A stretch of DNA of 64,000 bases from an uncultured delta proteobacterium (GTDB lineage: Bacteria; Desulfobacterota; Desulfobacteria; Desulfobacterales; B30-G6), in assembly GCA_963823335.1 (NCBI GenBank), contig CAWGLD010000005.1:320001-384000 (forward strand). Direction: 5' to 3'. This document shows, piece by piece, positions 1-9,422 of the stretch. A program made the position numbers and the translations under genes. Numbering within the stretch: the first letter of the stretch is position 1; every line of letters starts with the position of its first letter. The notes beneath the pieces are model-generated. The model saw nothing but the letters and a program-made list of their open reading frames with translations. It made no database searches and was not told the origin of the DNA.

Positions 1-1
1 C

Positions 2-142
2 ATTGTGATAAACGCCAACGTGCCAAACAGCGGCCCGATCGCCATGACCGTGGTTTGTACCATCCTTCTCAGCATTGTCGCCCACGGCGTGAGCGCCAAT
101 CCCTGGGCCAAAGGGTTCGGTGAGCGCTCGCGAAGGCAATAG
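2..142 (+). CDS. Partial CDS (3' end only), probable NhaP/CPA1-type cation:proton antiporter
   Basis: Manual translation of frame 2: ...IAMTVVCTILLSIVAHGVSANPWAKGFGERSRRQ*. The TxLLSxxxHGxSA last-helix pattern is typical of this family. Runs off the window start. Confidence 0.6.
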   Translation: MVINANVPNSGPIAMTVVCTILLSIVAHGVSANPWAKGFGERSRRQ

Positions 143-383
143 GTGGTGCGCACGCAGGAATGGTCGTTTTCCGTTCAGGTTACGACAGCGGCGCGATGAA
201 GTTTCGGCCTGAAAGGTAACATTGAAACGATTGAAGGAAGGTGACACCATCAGAATCTTGACAGTGAAAGTTGACAGCCTTGACCGCTTGCCGCAGCTCT
301 TTTATATCGCCGGGAGAAGCGCCCTCACTCCCCAGAAAGGCCGCTCCATCAAAAATGGAAATATGTAGTGCTGTTATCATAAT

Positions 384-1037
384 TTATCCAAGCACCATAC
401 CAATGGAAAAGGCGATCATGAACTGGGCCAGGTAGTAGAGCGGAAGCCCCAAAAGGCGATTGATAAAATCGTTTTTTAGAAATCGATCCCGGGCGACGAA
501 GATATCGGATATATAAAAACTGGAAGCTCCCACGAAGATGAACAGCCGGGCCATAATCGGCTGCTGCGGCATACCCAGGACTGACCAGGCGCCGATGAAC
601 ATGCAGCTGATGACAAGAATATAGGCCATGACCGGTATTTTCATGGTGCCCAGGTGCGGCTTCAGCCAGATATAAATAATAACACCGAGCAATAGGGTAA
701 CGATAACGCCGATGAGTGTCATTTTGCCCGGCTCTGCAATCCAGACAAATCCAATCACATAGCAGACATGCCCCAGCAGAAATGATATCAGTCCGAATAA
801 AAACATTCTGTCCTGGGGCAAAGCCAGAAAAATGTCCCCTCCCAGGCAGAACAACAACCCGATGATGATAAAAAGGGTATATGGCTGCATGAGATGGATC
901 TGGGAAATGGCGGTTACGATGAAAAGCAGTGACAGCACTGTTTTGGTTGGCAACAGTCCTTTGCGGTTCTCATTTTTTTCAAAGAAGAGCAGGCTCACCA
1001 GCAGTACGACGGCCAGTGCGAGAAGTATCATGATCAT
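384..1037 (-). CDS. YhhN-family membrane protein (lysoplasmalogenase-like)
   Basis: Multi-TM protein with motifs GDIFL, FLFGLISFLLGH, SDIFVA and LYYLAQ. GGAGG RBS supports the ATG at 1037 rather than the track start 1070. Confidence 0.85.
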   Translation of the reverse strand: MIMILLALAVVLLVSLLFFEKNENRKGLLPTKTVLSLLFIVTAISQIHLMQPYTLFIIIGLLFCLGGDIFLALPQDRMFLFGLISFLLGHVCYVIGFVWIAEPGKMTLIGVIVTLLLGVIIYIWLKPHLGTMKIPVMAYILVISCMFIGAWSVLGMPQQPIMARLFIFVGASSFYISDIFVARDRFLKNDFINRLLGLPLYYLAQFMIAFSIGMVLG

Positions 1038-1267
1038 GGTTGTCCTCCAATCGTTTAGCTCATAACTCACAGGTACTAGGTCATAGCGCAGACTATGAGG
1101 CTTGGAAGCTGGGGCTGTGATGCTGCATACCGTATAAAAGGTTCAGGATCCAGCTCTCTGCTTAATGTCTACTCCCTACTTACCGCTTGGCTTACCCTCC
1201 AAACCTCCAACCCCGATCTTCTGTCCCCTCCGACCCTCTTATCACCCCTGTATCACCCTTGAACCTT

Positions 1268-1996
1268 TCAGGGGAAGCCTGGACCCTTGGACCCTGATTG
1301 AGTGTATTGCGTCGGATCATCCACCCCTGCTTCTGCAAAGCCTTTCTTCCTCAGAAGACAGCTGTCACATCGACCACATGCGTTTCCAAGAGTATCTGGG
1401 TCGTAACATGAGTGGGTCAGGCCGTAGTCGACACCCAGTTCAATACCATTTCTGATAATTTCTGCCTTGGTCATCTGTATCAGGGGTGTGTGGATCCGTA
1501 TTTTGAATGCCCCCTGGACAGTGGCTTTGGTGGCCAGGTTTGCCATCTGTTCAAAGGCATGGATATATTCCGGTCGGCAATCCGGGTATCCGCTGTAGTC
1601 GATGGCATTGACCCCCATGAAGATATCCGGAGCGTTCAGCACTTCGGACCAGGCCAGGGCATAGGAAAGAAATATGGTGTTTCTGGCCGGTACATAGGTG
1701 ACTGGTATCTCATCCCCACCGCTATCCATGTCCCTGTCCTTGGGTACTGAAATGGCATCGGTCAGGGCGGAGCCACCGATACCTGTCAGATCGGTTTTAA
1801 CCAAGAGGTGCGTCTTGACTCTGTAGGCACGGGCAATACTTTTTGCGGCTTCCAACTCGTAGAGATGCCGCTGACCATAATCGAAACTCATTGCATACAG
1901 GTCATACCCGTCATGTTTGGCCATGGCCATAACCGTTGTGGAATCGAGCCCGCCGCTAAGCAGAATGATTGCCTTTTTGTTATGTTCTTTAACCAT
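1268..1996 (-). CDS. queC: 7-cyano-7-deazaguanine synthase
   Basis: SGGLDS, DYGQRH, TYVPARN, SGYPDCR and C-terminal Zn motif C...CGRCDSC. Confidence 0.97.
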   Translation of the reverse strand: MVKEHNKKAIILLSGGLDSTTVMAMAKHDGYDLYAMSFDYGQRHLYELEAAKSIARAYRVKTHLLVKTDLTGIGGSALTDAISVPKDRDMDSGGDEIPVTYVPARNTIFLSYALAWSEVLNAPDIFMGVNAIDYSGYPDCRPEYIHAFEQMANLATKATVQGAFKIRIHTPLIQMTKAEIIRNGIELGVDYGLTHSCYDPDTLGNACGRCDSCLLRKKGFAEAGVDDPTQYTQSGSKGPGFP

Positions 1997-2140
1997 AATT
2001 TATTCTGTCCAAGTCGTGATATTATCCATTTTATATGCTGGGAGGCTAGGACGCCGGGATGTCTGGATGCTGTCAACCGCTGATAGCTTTCAGCTACCCT
2101 CCAACCCTTGTATACCCCCTCGAACCCCGGCCCCTTTGTT

Positions 2141-2785
2141 TTAGACCCCTCTCTCGATATCCGGCCAGATAGTCCTGTGCAGCTGGAGCTGGAGTCTGGT
2201 TTGAAGGTGGTCTTCGAGAATCCATCCGGCAAGTTCTGCTGGGCTTAGTTTTTCTCTGATGGGCGAAAAAAGGAGATTTCCGCTCGGGACGATCGATGGT
2301 ATTCTGTTCAGCATATTCTTGGCGTACTCGTAATCCTGCCTGTCGCCGAGAACGAATTTTACCTGATCTCTCTTGCCGAGATGCCTGAAATTACGGAATT
2401 CGCATTTTTCATGCTCGCCACTGCCGGGGCACTTGACATCCATGATCCTGACACACCGGGGATCAGCCATGCGGATATCGAAGCTGCCATTGGTTTCCAT
2501 GAGAACCTGATATTTATTCCTGAGCAGGTCGGTGATGAGCTTCGGCGTTTCAGCCTGCAAAAGAGGTTCACCGCCCGTAACTTCAACCATGTGGCAATGG
2601 AAAGACCCAATACGGTCAAGGATCTCTGAAATCTGCATGGGGCGTCCTTGATCATACGCATAAACAGTATCGCAATAGGCGCAACGCATGTTACAACCGC
2701 TGAGGCGCACAAATACGCACGGGAGACCCGCATGGGTCGATTCTCCCTGTATGCTGTAAAATATTTCATTTACAATCAAAGACAT
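2141..2785 (-). CDS. queE: 7-carboxy-7-deazaguanine synthase (radical SAM)
   Basis: EIFYSIQGE, CNMRCAYCDT (CxxxCxxC), TGGEPL, ETNG, LQLH; adjacent to queC. Confidence 0.95.
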   Translation of the reverse strand: MSLIVNEIFYSIQGESTHAGLPCVFVRLSGCNMRCAYCDTVYAYDQGRPMQISEILDRIGSFHCHMVEVTGGEPLLQAETPKLITDLLRNKYQVLMETNGSFDIRMADPRCVRIMDVKCPGSGEHEKCEFRNFRHLGKRDQVKFVLGDRQDYEYAKNMLNRIPSIVPSGNLLFSPIREKLSPAELAGWILEDHLQTRLQLQLHRTIWPDIERGV

Positions 2786-3016
2786 GCGCCGTTTATAACA
2801 CGATTTTCTGTGAATTGAAATATATTGACAGCCTTTCCCGGAGCATATAAGTCGGACCTGAAGTGAGCGTTTTACAAAGCTGTAAGCACTAAGCTATAAG
2901 CAGCGCAAATCGTCATTGGATCACCCATTTCGCTCTATTGATGTCGAAAACCGATTAAAGCTTAAAGTTGAGCTATAATTGGCTTATGGCTTACAGCTTT
3001 TACTAAGGCTTCATTC

Positions 3017-4615
3017 ATGAAAAATATTCTTTTCATACACATATACCGAGGGTTGCAATGGTTTGCTAAAATGCCACCCCGTTCATCCTGCCAGAGAATC
3101 GTTGTAATAGGGTTCATTGCAGGCTTGTTGTCGATCTGTTCGGCCCTTGCTGCTTCAGAAGGCGGATTGATCAAGAAAAGAGACACCAACAACGATGGCA
3201 TTATCGACCAAGTAGCTGAATTTGATCCTCAGGGCAAGCTGATGTCGCTTACAATCGATGACAACCACGATGGGGTGATGGATACATTCCAGTACTATGT
3301 CCATGGTGAGATCGTGCGCCTGGAAAAAGATTTGGATGCCGGTCCCGGCATCGAGATGAGAACCTATTTCAAAGATGGCAGAAAGGTTCGACAGGAACGC
3401 CTGAATGATCAAGGTAATGTCTACCAGGAGATGGATTTGGATGCATCCGGAAACCCATTCGAGATTCGTGAGGATACCGACGCGGATCAACGGATGGATA
3501 CGGTTTACTATATTGAAAAAGGACAGATCACACGTATCACCCGCGATCCAGATGGCGATGGTGCCGGCAATGTTTTTGAATTATATCGGAACGGAGTGCT
3601 TGCGGAGCGCCGGAGCGATACAAATGGAGACGGCGTTATAGAAGAGCGGCTAATTTTTAATGCTGACGGAACACTGACCGAGCGTTATCTGGATACCGAT
3701 CAAAATGGTGATTTGGACATGTTGGAAATTTACCGGAACGGTCTGCCCCATCTGCAGCAATGGGATCAGGATCAGGACCAACGATTTGAGAAAGTGACGT
3801 ATCTTGAAAAAGGTGACATCATTCGAATCGAGGAAGATTCGGACAGGGACGGTATCCGGGAAACGGTGACGGCCTATCGCAACGGAAAGCCAAATGTTCA
3901 GACGGTGGATGCAAATCAGGACGGCAAGAAGGAACTCAGAATAGTCTTCAATGCCGGTGGCGAAACAGAGCGTATTGAAAAAGACATTTCCATGGACGGT
4001 AACATGGATACGTTCCAGAGCTATAAAGACAACCTGCTTGTACTTTCGGAAAAAGACACCAATGCTGACGGGGAGATCGATACGAAAATTTGGTATCATG
4101 CCGGTAGGCAACAACATAGCATGAGGGATCTGGATCATGATGGCCGGTTTGAGACGACCCATCGGTATGACAGACCGCCTTGGACACGGGTGACGGAGCT
4201 AGATTCTGATGGGAAAGGAAATGTGAATGTGCGGTCCTATTTCATGCATGATAACCTGCGTAGAAGGGAATTCCTGGAAAAGAGCGGAGACCGGGTTGAA
4301 TTGCGTGAAAATTTCGATGAGAAGGGTCTGCTCACGCACAGTCTGGAAGACAGTAATGCTGACGGCCGATGGGATATGACCTGGTATTTTGATGACCAGG
4401 GTAAATTACAACGGGCCGAAAAAGACAGCGATGCAGACAAACGCGTGGATACCTGGTATTATTATGAAAGTGGACGGCTGTCAGGGGTTTCCGAGGATAC
4501 CAATAATGATGGACGGCCAGACGTGTGGGAAGACTATGATACATCGGAATCCATGACCCAGCGGAAAAAGGATCTCGATTTTGATGGTGTAGTGGATATT
4601 GAGGAGCGGTTTTAG
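3017..4615 (+). CDS. Secreted repeat protein, about 20 repeats of ~24 aa each carrying a DxDxDG-type (putative Ca2+-binding) loop
   Basis: Signal-peptide-like segment (IVVIGFIAGLLSICSALA), then repeated DTNNDG/DDNHDG/DTNGDG/DSNADG loops between short beta-strand-like segments. The real start may be the ATG at 3071. Confidence 0.75.
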   Translation: MKNILFIHIYRGLQWFAKMPPRSSCQRIVVIGFIAGLLSICSALAASEGGLIKKRDTNNDGIIDQVAEFDPQGKLMSLTIDDNHDGVMDTFQYYVHGEIVRLEKDLDAGPGIEMRTYFKDGRKVRQERLNDQGNVYQEMDLDASGNPFEIREDTDADQRMDTVYYIEKGQITRITRDPDGDGAGNVFELYRNGVLAERRSDTNGDGVIEERLIFNADGTLTERYLDTDQNGDLDMLEIYRNGLPHLQQWDQDQDQRFEKVTYLEKGDIIRIEEDSDRDGIRETVTAYRNGKPNVQTVDANQDGKKELRIVFNAGGETERIEKDISMDGNMDTFQSYKDNLLVLSEKDTNADGEIDTKIWYHAGRQQHSMRDLDHDGRFETTHRYDRPPWTRVTELDSDGKGNVNVRSYFMHDNLRRREFLEKSGDRVELRENFDEKGLLTHSLEDSNADGRWDMTWYFDDQGKLQRAEKDSDADKRVDTWYYYESGRLSGVSEDTNNDGRPDVWEDYDTSESMTQRKKDLDFDGVVDIEERF

Positions 4616-4867
4616 GTGTTACGTTTCAGGTTTTAGGCACACCGTCGGCTCATGGTTGGCGGCTAATAGCAAAGTGGAAAAAATATAATCACGAAAACAC
4701 GAAGTATAGAAAATACGAAATTGCACAAGGGATTTTGTTCCTGTTGTATATTGGAATGATGGCATACTGACCTCTCATAGGATTTAAAACAAAACCTGTT
4801 TCGTGTTTTCGTCCTTTCGTGATTTCGTGACAATAGATCTTTTTATTTTTGTACTGGAGGAAGACAC

Positions 4868-5488
4868 ATGCTGGCGTTTCTATATAAAGGAGGTGTGCTG
4901 GTCATTCCGATACTTCTCTGTTCGGTATTTGCACTGGCAATTTTTCTGGAAAGATTGATCCGCTTTATTCGACTGAGGAAACAAGGGCGCGGTCTGGCCG
5001 AAAAAGTTGCCGCTTTGGTAAAGAATGGAGAAGACGAGCAGGCCCGGGCACTGGTGGATGCCAGCGATTCTCCCATGGGTAAGGTGTTGGCCCAGGCACT
5101 GGAGGTAAAGAACCAGAGTCAGGAAACCCTGGAGGCCATTATCGTGCATGCCACCGAAGAAGAGGTAAGGGGCATGTCCAGGTATCTGCAGGCACTGGCA
5201 ACCATCGGGAATATTGCCCCGTTGCTGGGTCTATTCGGTACCGTGGTGGGGATGATCAAGGCCTTTATGGTCATCCAAGAAATGGGTGGAAAGGTCAACG
5301 CCGCAGTTCTTGCGGGCGGTATTTGGGAAGCGATGCTCACAACCGCACTGGGACTGGCCGTGGCTTTACCGACGATCATTGCCCACAGCTATCTGGTTTC
5401 AAAGGTCAACCAATCTGAAGCGAGACTGCAACGCGGTGCCATTACGTTTTTAAAGGCGGTAATGAGTTTGGAAGGACCAAAGGGTTGA
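4868..5488 (+). CDS. exbB: MotA/TolQ/ExbB proton-channel family protein
   Basis: APLLGLFGTVVGMI and GIWEAMLTTALGLAVA signatures; GGAGG RBS. Confidence 0.9.
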   Translation: MLAFLYKGGVLVIPILLCSVFALAIFLERLIRFIRLRKQGRGLAEKVAALVKNGEDEQARALVDASDSPMGKVLAQALEVKNQSQETLEAIIVHATEEEVRGMSRYLQALATIGNIAPLLGLFGTVVGMIKAFMVIQEMGGKVNAAVLAGGIWEAMLTTALGLAVALPTIIAHSYLVSKVNQSEARLQRGAITFLKAVMSLEGPKG

Positions 5489-5520
5489 ACCCTTTCTCCC
5501 AACTTATTGGGAGAAGATAA
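5488..5520. repeat. REP-like palindrome TTCTCCCAA-N4-TTGGGAGAA (copy 1)
   Basis: Perfect 9-bp stem at 5494-5515; a near-identical inverted copy lies at 6792-6822. Confidence 0.75.
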
Positions 5521-5546
5521 AAATATACAAACAAGAGGTACCAGTC

Positions 5547-5957
5547 ATGCTGTTTCCAAAAAGAGAACGTGGTTACTATCAACTGCAGGCACCGCTGACG
5601 TCTCTTATCGATATCGTTTTCTTGCTCCTGATCTATTTTCTGCTGACAACCAATTTCATGGTGGATGAAGGGATTCAGGTTAAATTACCCCAGGCCAATG
5701 CCACGTCTCCACAGACGGAGAAAGAAATCACCATCCATGTCGACAGCACCGGCAAGGTATTCTTGGACAACAGGGCTGTTTCATTGAATGAGCTTTTTTC
5801 GATAATAAAAGGAAGACTTGGAGAAAAGAACGGTCGCCCGGTGGTCATTAAAGCTGACAAATCGGTGATCTTGGACAAGGCAGTGAGGGTCATGGATATG
5901 GTCAAGGCCGCTGGGGCCGAGCGTCTCGTGTTGGCTACCGAGAGGGATGCGCCATAA
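5547..5957 (+). CDS. exbD: ExbD/TolR biopolymer transport protein
   Basis: LTSLIDIVFLLLIYFLL TM helix with the essential Asp; LP..A and IKADK motifs. Confidence 0.92.
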   Translation: MLFPKRERGYYQLQAPLTSLIDIVFLLLIYFLLTTNFMVDEGIQVKLPQANATSPQTEKEITIHVDSTGKVFLDNRAVSLNELFSIIKGRLGEKNGRPVVIKADKSVILDKAVRVMDMVKAAGAERLVLATERDAP

Positions 5958-6019
5958 GGTTAAAAGGTATAACTGCCTAATGACCAATCTTTCATATTGG
6001 ACGTTTATTGTCATTCGCA

Positions 6020-6745
6020 ATGAACTCAATGAACCCAACAAACCCAATGAACGCAACAAACATAAAACCCAACTGGCTTTTTCGGGGATTGATCCTCTTT
6101 TCTGTAGGGGTTCATCTGTTGCTGTTCACGCAGATGAACCATCTCTATCGGCCCAGGGAAATTTCCAGAATTGAGCTGACATTGAAACAGATATCCAGTC
6201 CTTCTAAGCGGCAGATCCCCAGACCCGGGCCGCGTTTCAAACCGCTCACAGATCCGCATGAACAGATTGTGGCAGGGGCGTTCAATGAGCAATATACTCC
6301 CATGAAACCACTTCAGCATGTCATTCCAGCCCCTGTCGATTCCAATAGAATGTATGAAAAACAGCTGCCCGGGATCCCTGCTGTGGAAGACACTCCTGTG
6401 GCCGAATGGCAGAATGAGCTTGAATCTTTACCTGCGGGGCCTGCAACCGGCAGTGATGATGACGACATGACCCTGTACTACACGCTGATCAGCGGAAAAG
6501 TACGGGCAGAAGCCCTCAAACTCTATGAACGGATAGCTCGCAGCCGCAAGGTGCAAGGAGTGGTCGCGATTGAATTCACCATCGGGAGTAACGGGGAGAT
6601 GGTTTCCGTAGGTATCGTGAAGAGCTCTGGCAATCGGATTCTTGATCGAACTGCCATGGATGCTGTAAAAAAGGTATCGCCCTTTGCCAAGCCGCCAAAT
6701 GGCTCACTTGTCATCCAGTTACCCATCAAATTCAAACTGCTCTAA
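6020..6745 (+). CDS. tonB: TonB-family energy transducer
   Basis: N-terminal TM with SxxxH (SVGVH), Pro-rich linker, TonB_C domain (QGVVAIEFTI..SSGNRILDRTAMDAV). Start uncertain (6008-6047) because it overlaps 9-nt tandem repeats. Confidence 0.85.
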   Translation: MNSMNPTNPMNATNIKPNWLFRGLILFSVGVHLLLFTQMNHLYRPREISRIELTLKQISSPSKRQIPRPGPRFKPLTDPHEQIVAGAFNEQYTPMKPLQHVIPAPVDSNRMYEKQLPGIPAVEDTPVAEWQNELESLPAGPATGSDDDDMTLYYTLISGKVRAEALKLYERIARSRKVQGVVAIEFTIGSNGEMVSVGIVKSSGNRILDRTAMDAVKKVSPFAKPPNGSLVIQLPIKFKLL

Positions 6746-6791
6746 GTCTGAAATATCACAAACCTGAAATGTTCAGGGTTAACGTGTCAGG

Positions 6792-6822
6792 TTATTCTCC
6801 CAATTTATTGGGAGAAAGGGTT
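6792..6822. repeat. REP-like palindrome TTCTCCCAA-N4-TTGGGAGAA (copy 2); may act as terminator between convergent genes
   Basis: 9-bp perfect stem at 6795-6816, lying between the converging tonB and kinase stop codons. Confidence 0.7.
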
Positions 6823-6825
6823 CAT

Positions 6826-9210
6826 TTATTTGTCTGAGGAAACGACGCCCCAGCAGTTTTGATGCATATGTACAAATACGACACTAAACATGGCCTTGAG
6901 CAGGTCGAGGCTGGAGACAATGGAAACCGATTTCTTTAAAAGTGTGGTTGTCAGGATAAGTTGTTCGGATTGTCTTTTCATGAATACCAGATCATCCAGT
7001 ATCTTCAGCGCAACATCTCTTTCCTCAGGGGGTAGTTGCTTCCACTTATCTTCCTTAAATCTGATTTTGAAATGATGAATCTTTAAAGGGGGGGCGCTGT
7101 AGAGGCTTTTGCGGATCTTGTCACCTTTGAATGTTGTTTGTGACAGAATCAGACTTTGGATTGATTTTGAAATACACCGATGGGTATCTGCGAAAGTGTC
7201 CACCAGCATTGCCTTGGATTCCTGGCTGACGATGAAACGGATGAATCGCAATCTTTTTTCGTTTTCCTTTGTTTTCACGTTGAATTCGTCCAGGGCCACC
7301 TTCCAGAAAGAATGACTGACGTCTTTCAGCACTGGCTTGGGTTTCCCATTCTCGTGGGATTGTTCCCGGATGTTTTTTTTAAGACGCAACAAGTTTTTGG
7401 CCGTCTTTTCAAACAGGCGCACTCCAGTAACGGTCTGGTAGATCATGCCAACGGTGGCATACCAGTCCTGAAGGTGAAGGATCAGGGGGAGATCCTTGTA
7501 AACGCTCAGAATGGTGGTGTTTTTCAACTGGTGGGTAGGTGTTGCATAAGATGGTGTGCCACCCAGAGGTGGCTGCCGCACCATCTTTTTTTTAGAAATA
7601 TCATAGGATACAGTGGTTTCGACATCGATAAGGCCGATGGAATACATGTTCGCAGATTCCAGAAACTGTGGAAATTTCGATGGGTTCCCCGCGATGAGTA
7701 GATTGTCTGGTTTCAGATCCCGCATGGCCAGTTTTTTGTCGCCCAGCCAGTAGAGCAGATCGAGTAGATTAGTGATCATGCTTGAAATCTGTGAATTATG
7801 TCGTTTCAGATTTTTTGCAATGACAAAGGCATGCACCATTCGTTGGTAGTTTTGGACAGGCTGTCGTTTATCGTTAAAAAGTTTCAGGACGCTGGTGTTC
7901 ATCTCAGACGCAAGATGCGGCTTTGTAGGGAATTCCGTGGCGGAAAGTTTCCCGCCGGCCAGGTAGACCAGGAACCACTCCTTGATGTTGAATTCGGAAA
8001 CAGTACCGTCGATGTGATGCAGCTGGAGTAGATCATAACAACGAGTGTGAAAAGATGTGTAGACAAGATTGAGGCTGTCACAAATGTCCGCATGCTGTGA
8101 TCCATAACGAGCCTCAAAGTCCGCAGGGATCCAGAGAAGACCGGGTTGTTTCGATATCTCGCCGATAACCTTATCTTCAATGTTGTGTATGCGTTTGAGA
8201 ATATGTCCCAAAAAAAAATATTTGGATAGATCCATGAAATAGGCAAAACCATCGCCGATCTTGAGGTAGTTCTGAAGCTCGGTATTGCCCTCCAGTAATT
8301 GGATATATTTTCCCTCCATGAGTTCAAGCGGCAGTCTGGCACCCTCCTGAAGCGGGTGGATTTTTTTTAATATAACGGAGAGCCGGGGTACAAGGCACTC
8401 TCTGGGGGACAATTTATTTGCAATCCGGTTGTCACGGTTGATACTTTGAATATATCTGCTGAAATCGGTCAGCGGCTTGGGTGGTATCTTGATCACCATA
8501 TGGTCATCATAAATAACATAATAACAAGTACTTTTACTACCAGTGTCTTCACCAATGGGGCCGATGGTCATGCGCCTCGTAGCCCAGTCGCCATCGCAGT
8601 TGACACGCAATTCATATATAAAATTACTGTCCGGTCTGCGGGCATCCACAAGCCGGAATATGGCCTCAGCTGAAGGCTCTACACCTTTTTGAGCCTTGAA
8701 AACCGATAAAAAGAAATGTGCAATCTGCTCCTGTCCCTCATAAACCTTTTCATTTGCTACTGGATTTTCAGAATCCTCAACCCGGTTCTTTTTCTTTTTT
8801 ATAGCATTCGTCGCCTTTTTTAACAGGGGATATAAGGCAAAGCAAAGCAGGATGCCAATAATGACAGCGGCGATTACGGGGGTCCTTTTTTTTAACTGGG
8901 TCTGAGATACGATTTCCAGGGACTTGCGTTTCCATGGAAGCAGATGGTGTTTGATGATGACGACAATACCGTAGCCCTTGTTGAAGATGCCCCGTTGCTT
9001 GACGTCCGCAACGAGATCCATGTTGATGTAATGCGTGTCATCCGCGGTTTTGTAGAAAATACTGTCACCGACAATCCAGGCTTCTTTGGTGATCACGGCC
9101 CGGTTGTCTTTTAACAGGATAACCTGGTTTTTGTAGATATGCTGATAGGCAAAAGAACCGGCGGCTGCCAGTATGGCAAAGCAGATAAGAATGAGAAACT
9201 TCGTTTTCAT
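6826..9210 (-). CDS. Membrane-anchored Hanks-type Ser/Thr protein kinase-like protein
   Basis: Two N-terminal hydrophobic segments; MVIKIP, MRDLKPDNLLI, LIDVE, GGTPSYATP and QDWY kinase subdomain motifs. Confidence 0.75.
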   Translation of the reverse strand: MKTKFLILICFAILAAAGSFAYQHIYKNQVILLKDNRAVITKEAWIVGDSIFYKTADDTHYINMDLVADVKQRGIFNKGYGIVVIIKHHLLPWKRKSLEIVSQTQLKKRTPVIAAVIIGILLCFALYPLLKKATNAIKKKKNRVEDSENPVANEKVYEGQEQIAHFFLSVFKAQKGVEPSAEAIFRLVDARRPDSNFIYELRVNCDGDWATRRMTIGPIGEDTGSKSTCYYVIYDDHMVIKIPPKPLTDFSRYIQSINRDNRIANKLSPRECLVPRLSVILKKIHPLQEGARLPLELMEGKYIQLLEGNTELQNYLKIGDGFAYFMDLSKYFFLGHILKRIHNIEDKVIGEISKQPGLLWIPADFEARYGSQHADICDSLNLVYTSFHTRCYDLLQLHHIDGTVSEFNIKEWFLVYLAGGKLSATEFPTKPHLASEMNTSVLKLFNDKRQPVQNYQRMVHAFVIAKNLKRHNSQISSMITNLLDLLYWLGDKKLAMRDLKPDNLLIAGNPSKFPQFLESANMYSIGLIDVETTVSYDISKKKMVRQPPLGGTPSYATPTHQLKNTTILSVYKDLPLILHLQDWYATVGMIYQTVTGVRLFEKTAKNLLRLKKNIREQSHENGKPKPVLKDVSHSFWKVALDEFNVKTKENEKRLRFIRFIVSQESKAMLVDTFADTHRCISKSIQSLILSQTTFKGDKIRKSLYSAPPLKIHHFKIRFKEDKWKQLPPEERDVALKILDDLVFMKRQSEQLILTTTLLKKSVSIVSSLDLLKAMFSVVFVHMHQNCWGVVSSDK

Positions 9211-9250
9211 ATTACCGTCTCAGTGGAGTATTCGTATAGCAGAATGAATA

Positions 9251-9279
9251 AACATAGGGAAAACAGTCCCCAGTGTCAA
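9251..9279 (-). promoter_or_regulatory. Putative sigma70 promoter for the kinase gene
   Basis: Minus strand TTGACA-N17-TATGTT. Confidence 0.55.
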
Positions 9280-9422
9280 TTGAAGAATTTATTCGGTCAA
9301 AGATTGCGGCGTGGCTGGTTGGCACGAAGTGGAAATCCTGATTTGGCTGAGTTCCAGGGGCGGGGGTTTCCCGGGGCAGGGGGGTTGCATTGGAAACGTC
9401 TGCCCGCATGAACCGTGGCCGC

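Noticed and set aside
180..380. 66-aa ORF downstream of the YhhN-family gene
   Set aside because: No RBS or recognisable motif; lies in a convergent gap and cannot be supported as a gene.
1268..2785. queC-queE as part of a 7-deazaguanine DNA-modification (dpd) island
   Set aside because: No dpdA/tgt-like, queD, folE or other dpd genes in the window; ordinary queuosine biosynthesis is simpler. No preQ1 riboswitch recognised.
2876..3000. Possible riboswitch (e.g. cobalamin) ahead of the repeat-protein/exbBD-tonB genes
   Set aside because: No conserved riboswitch motifs seen; the structure is explained by the heptamer inverted cassette.
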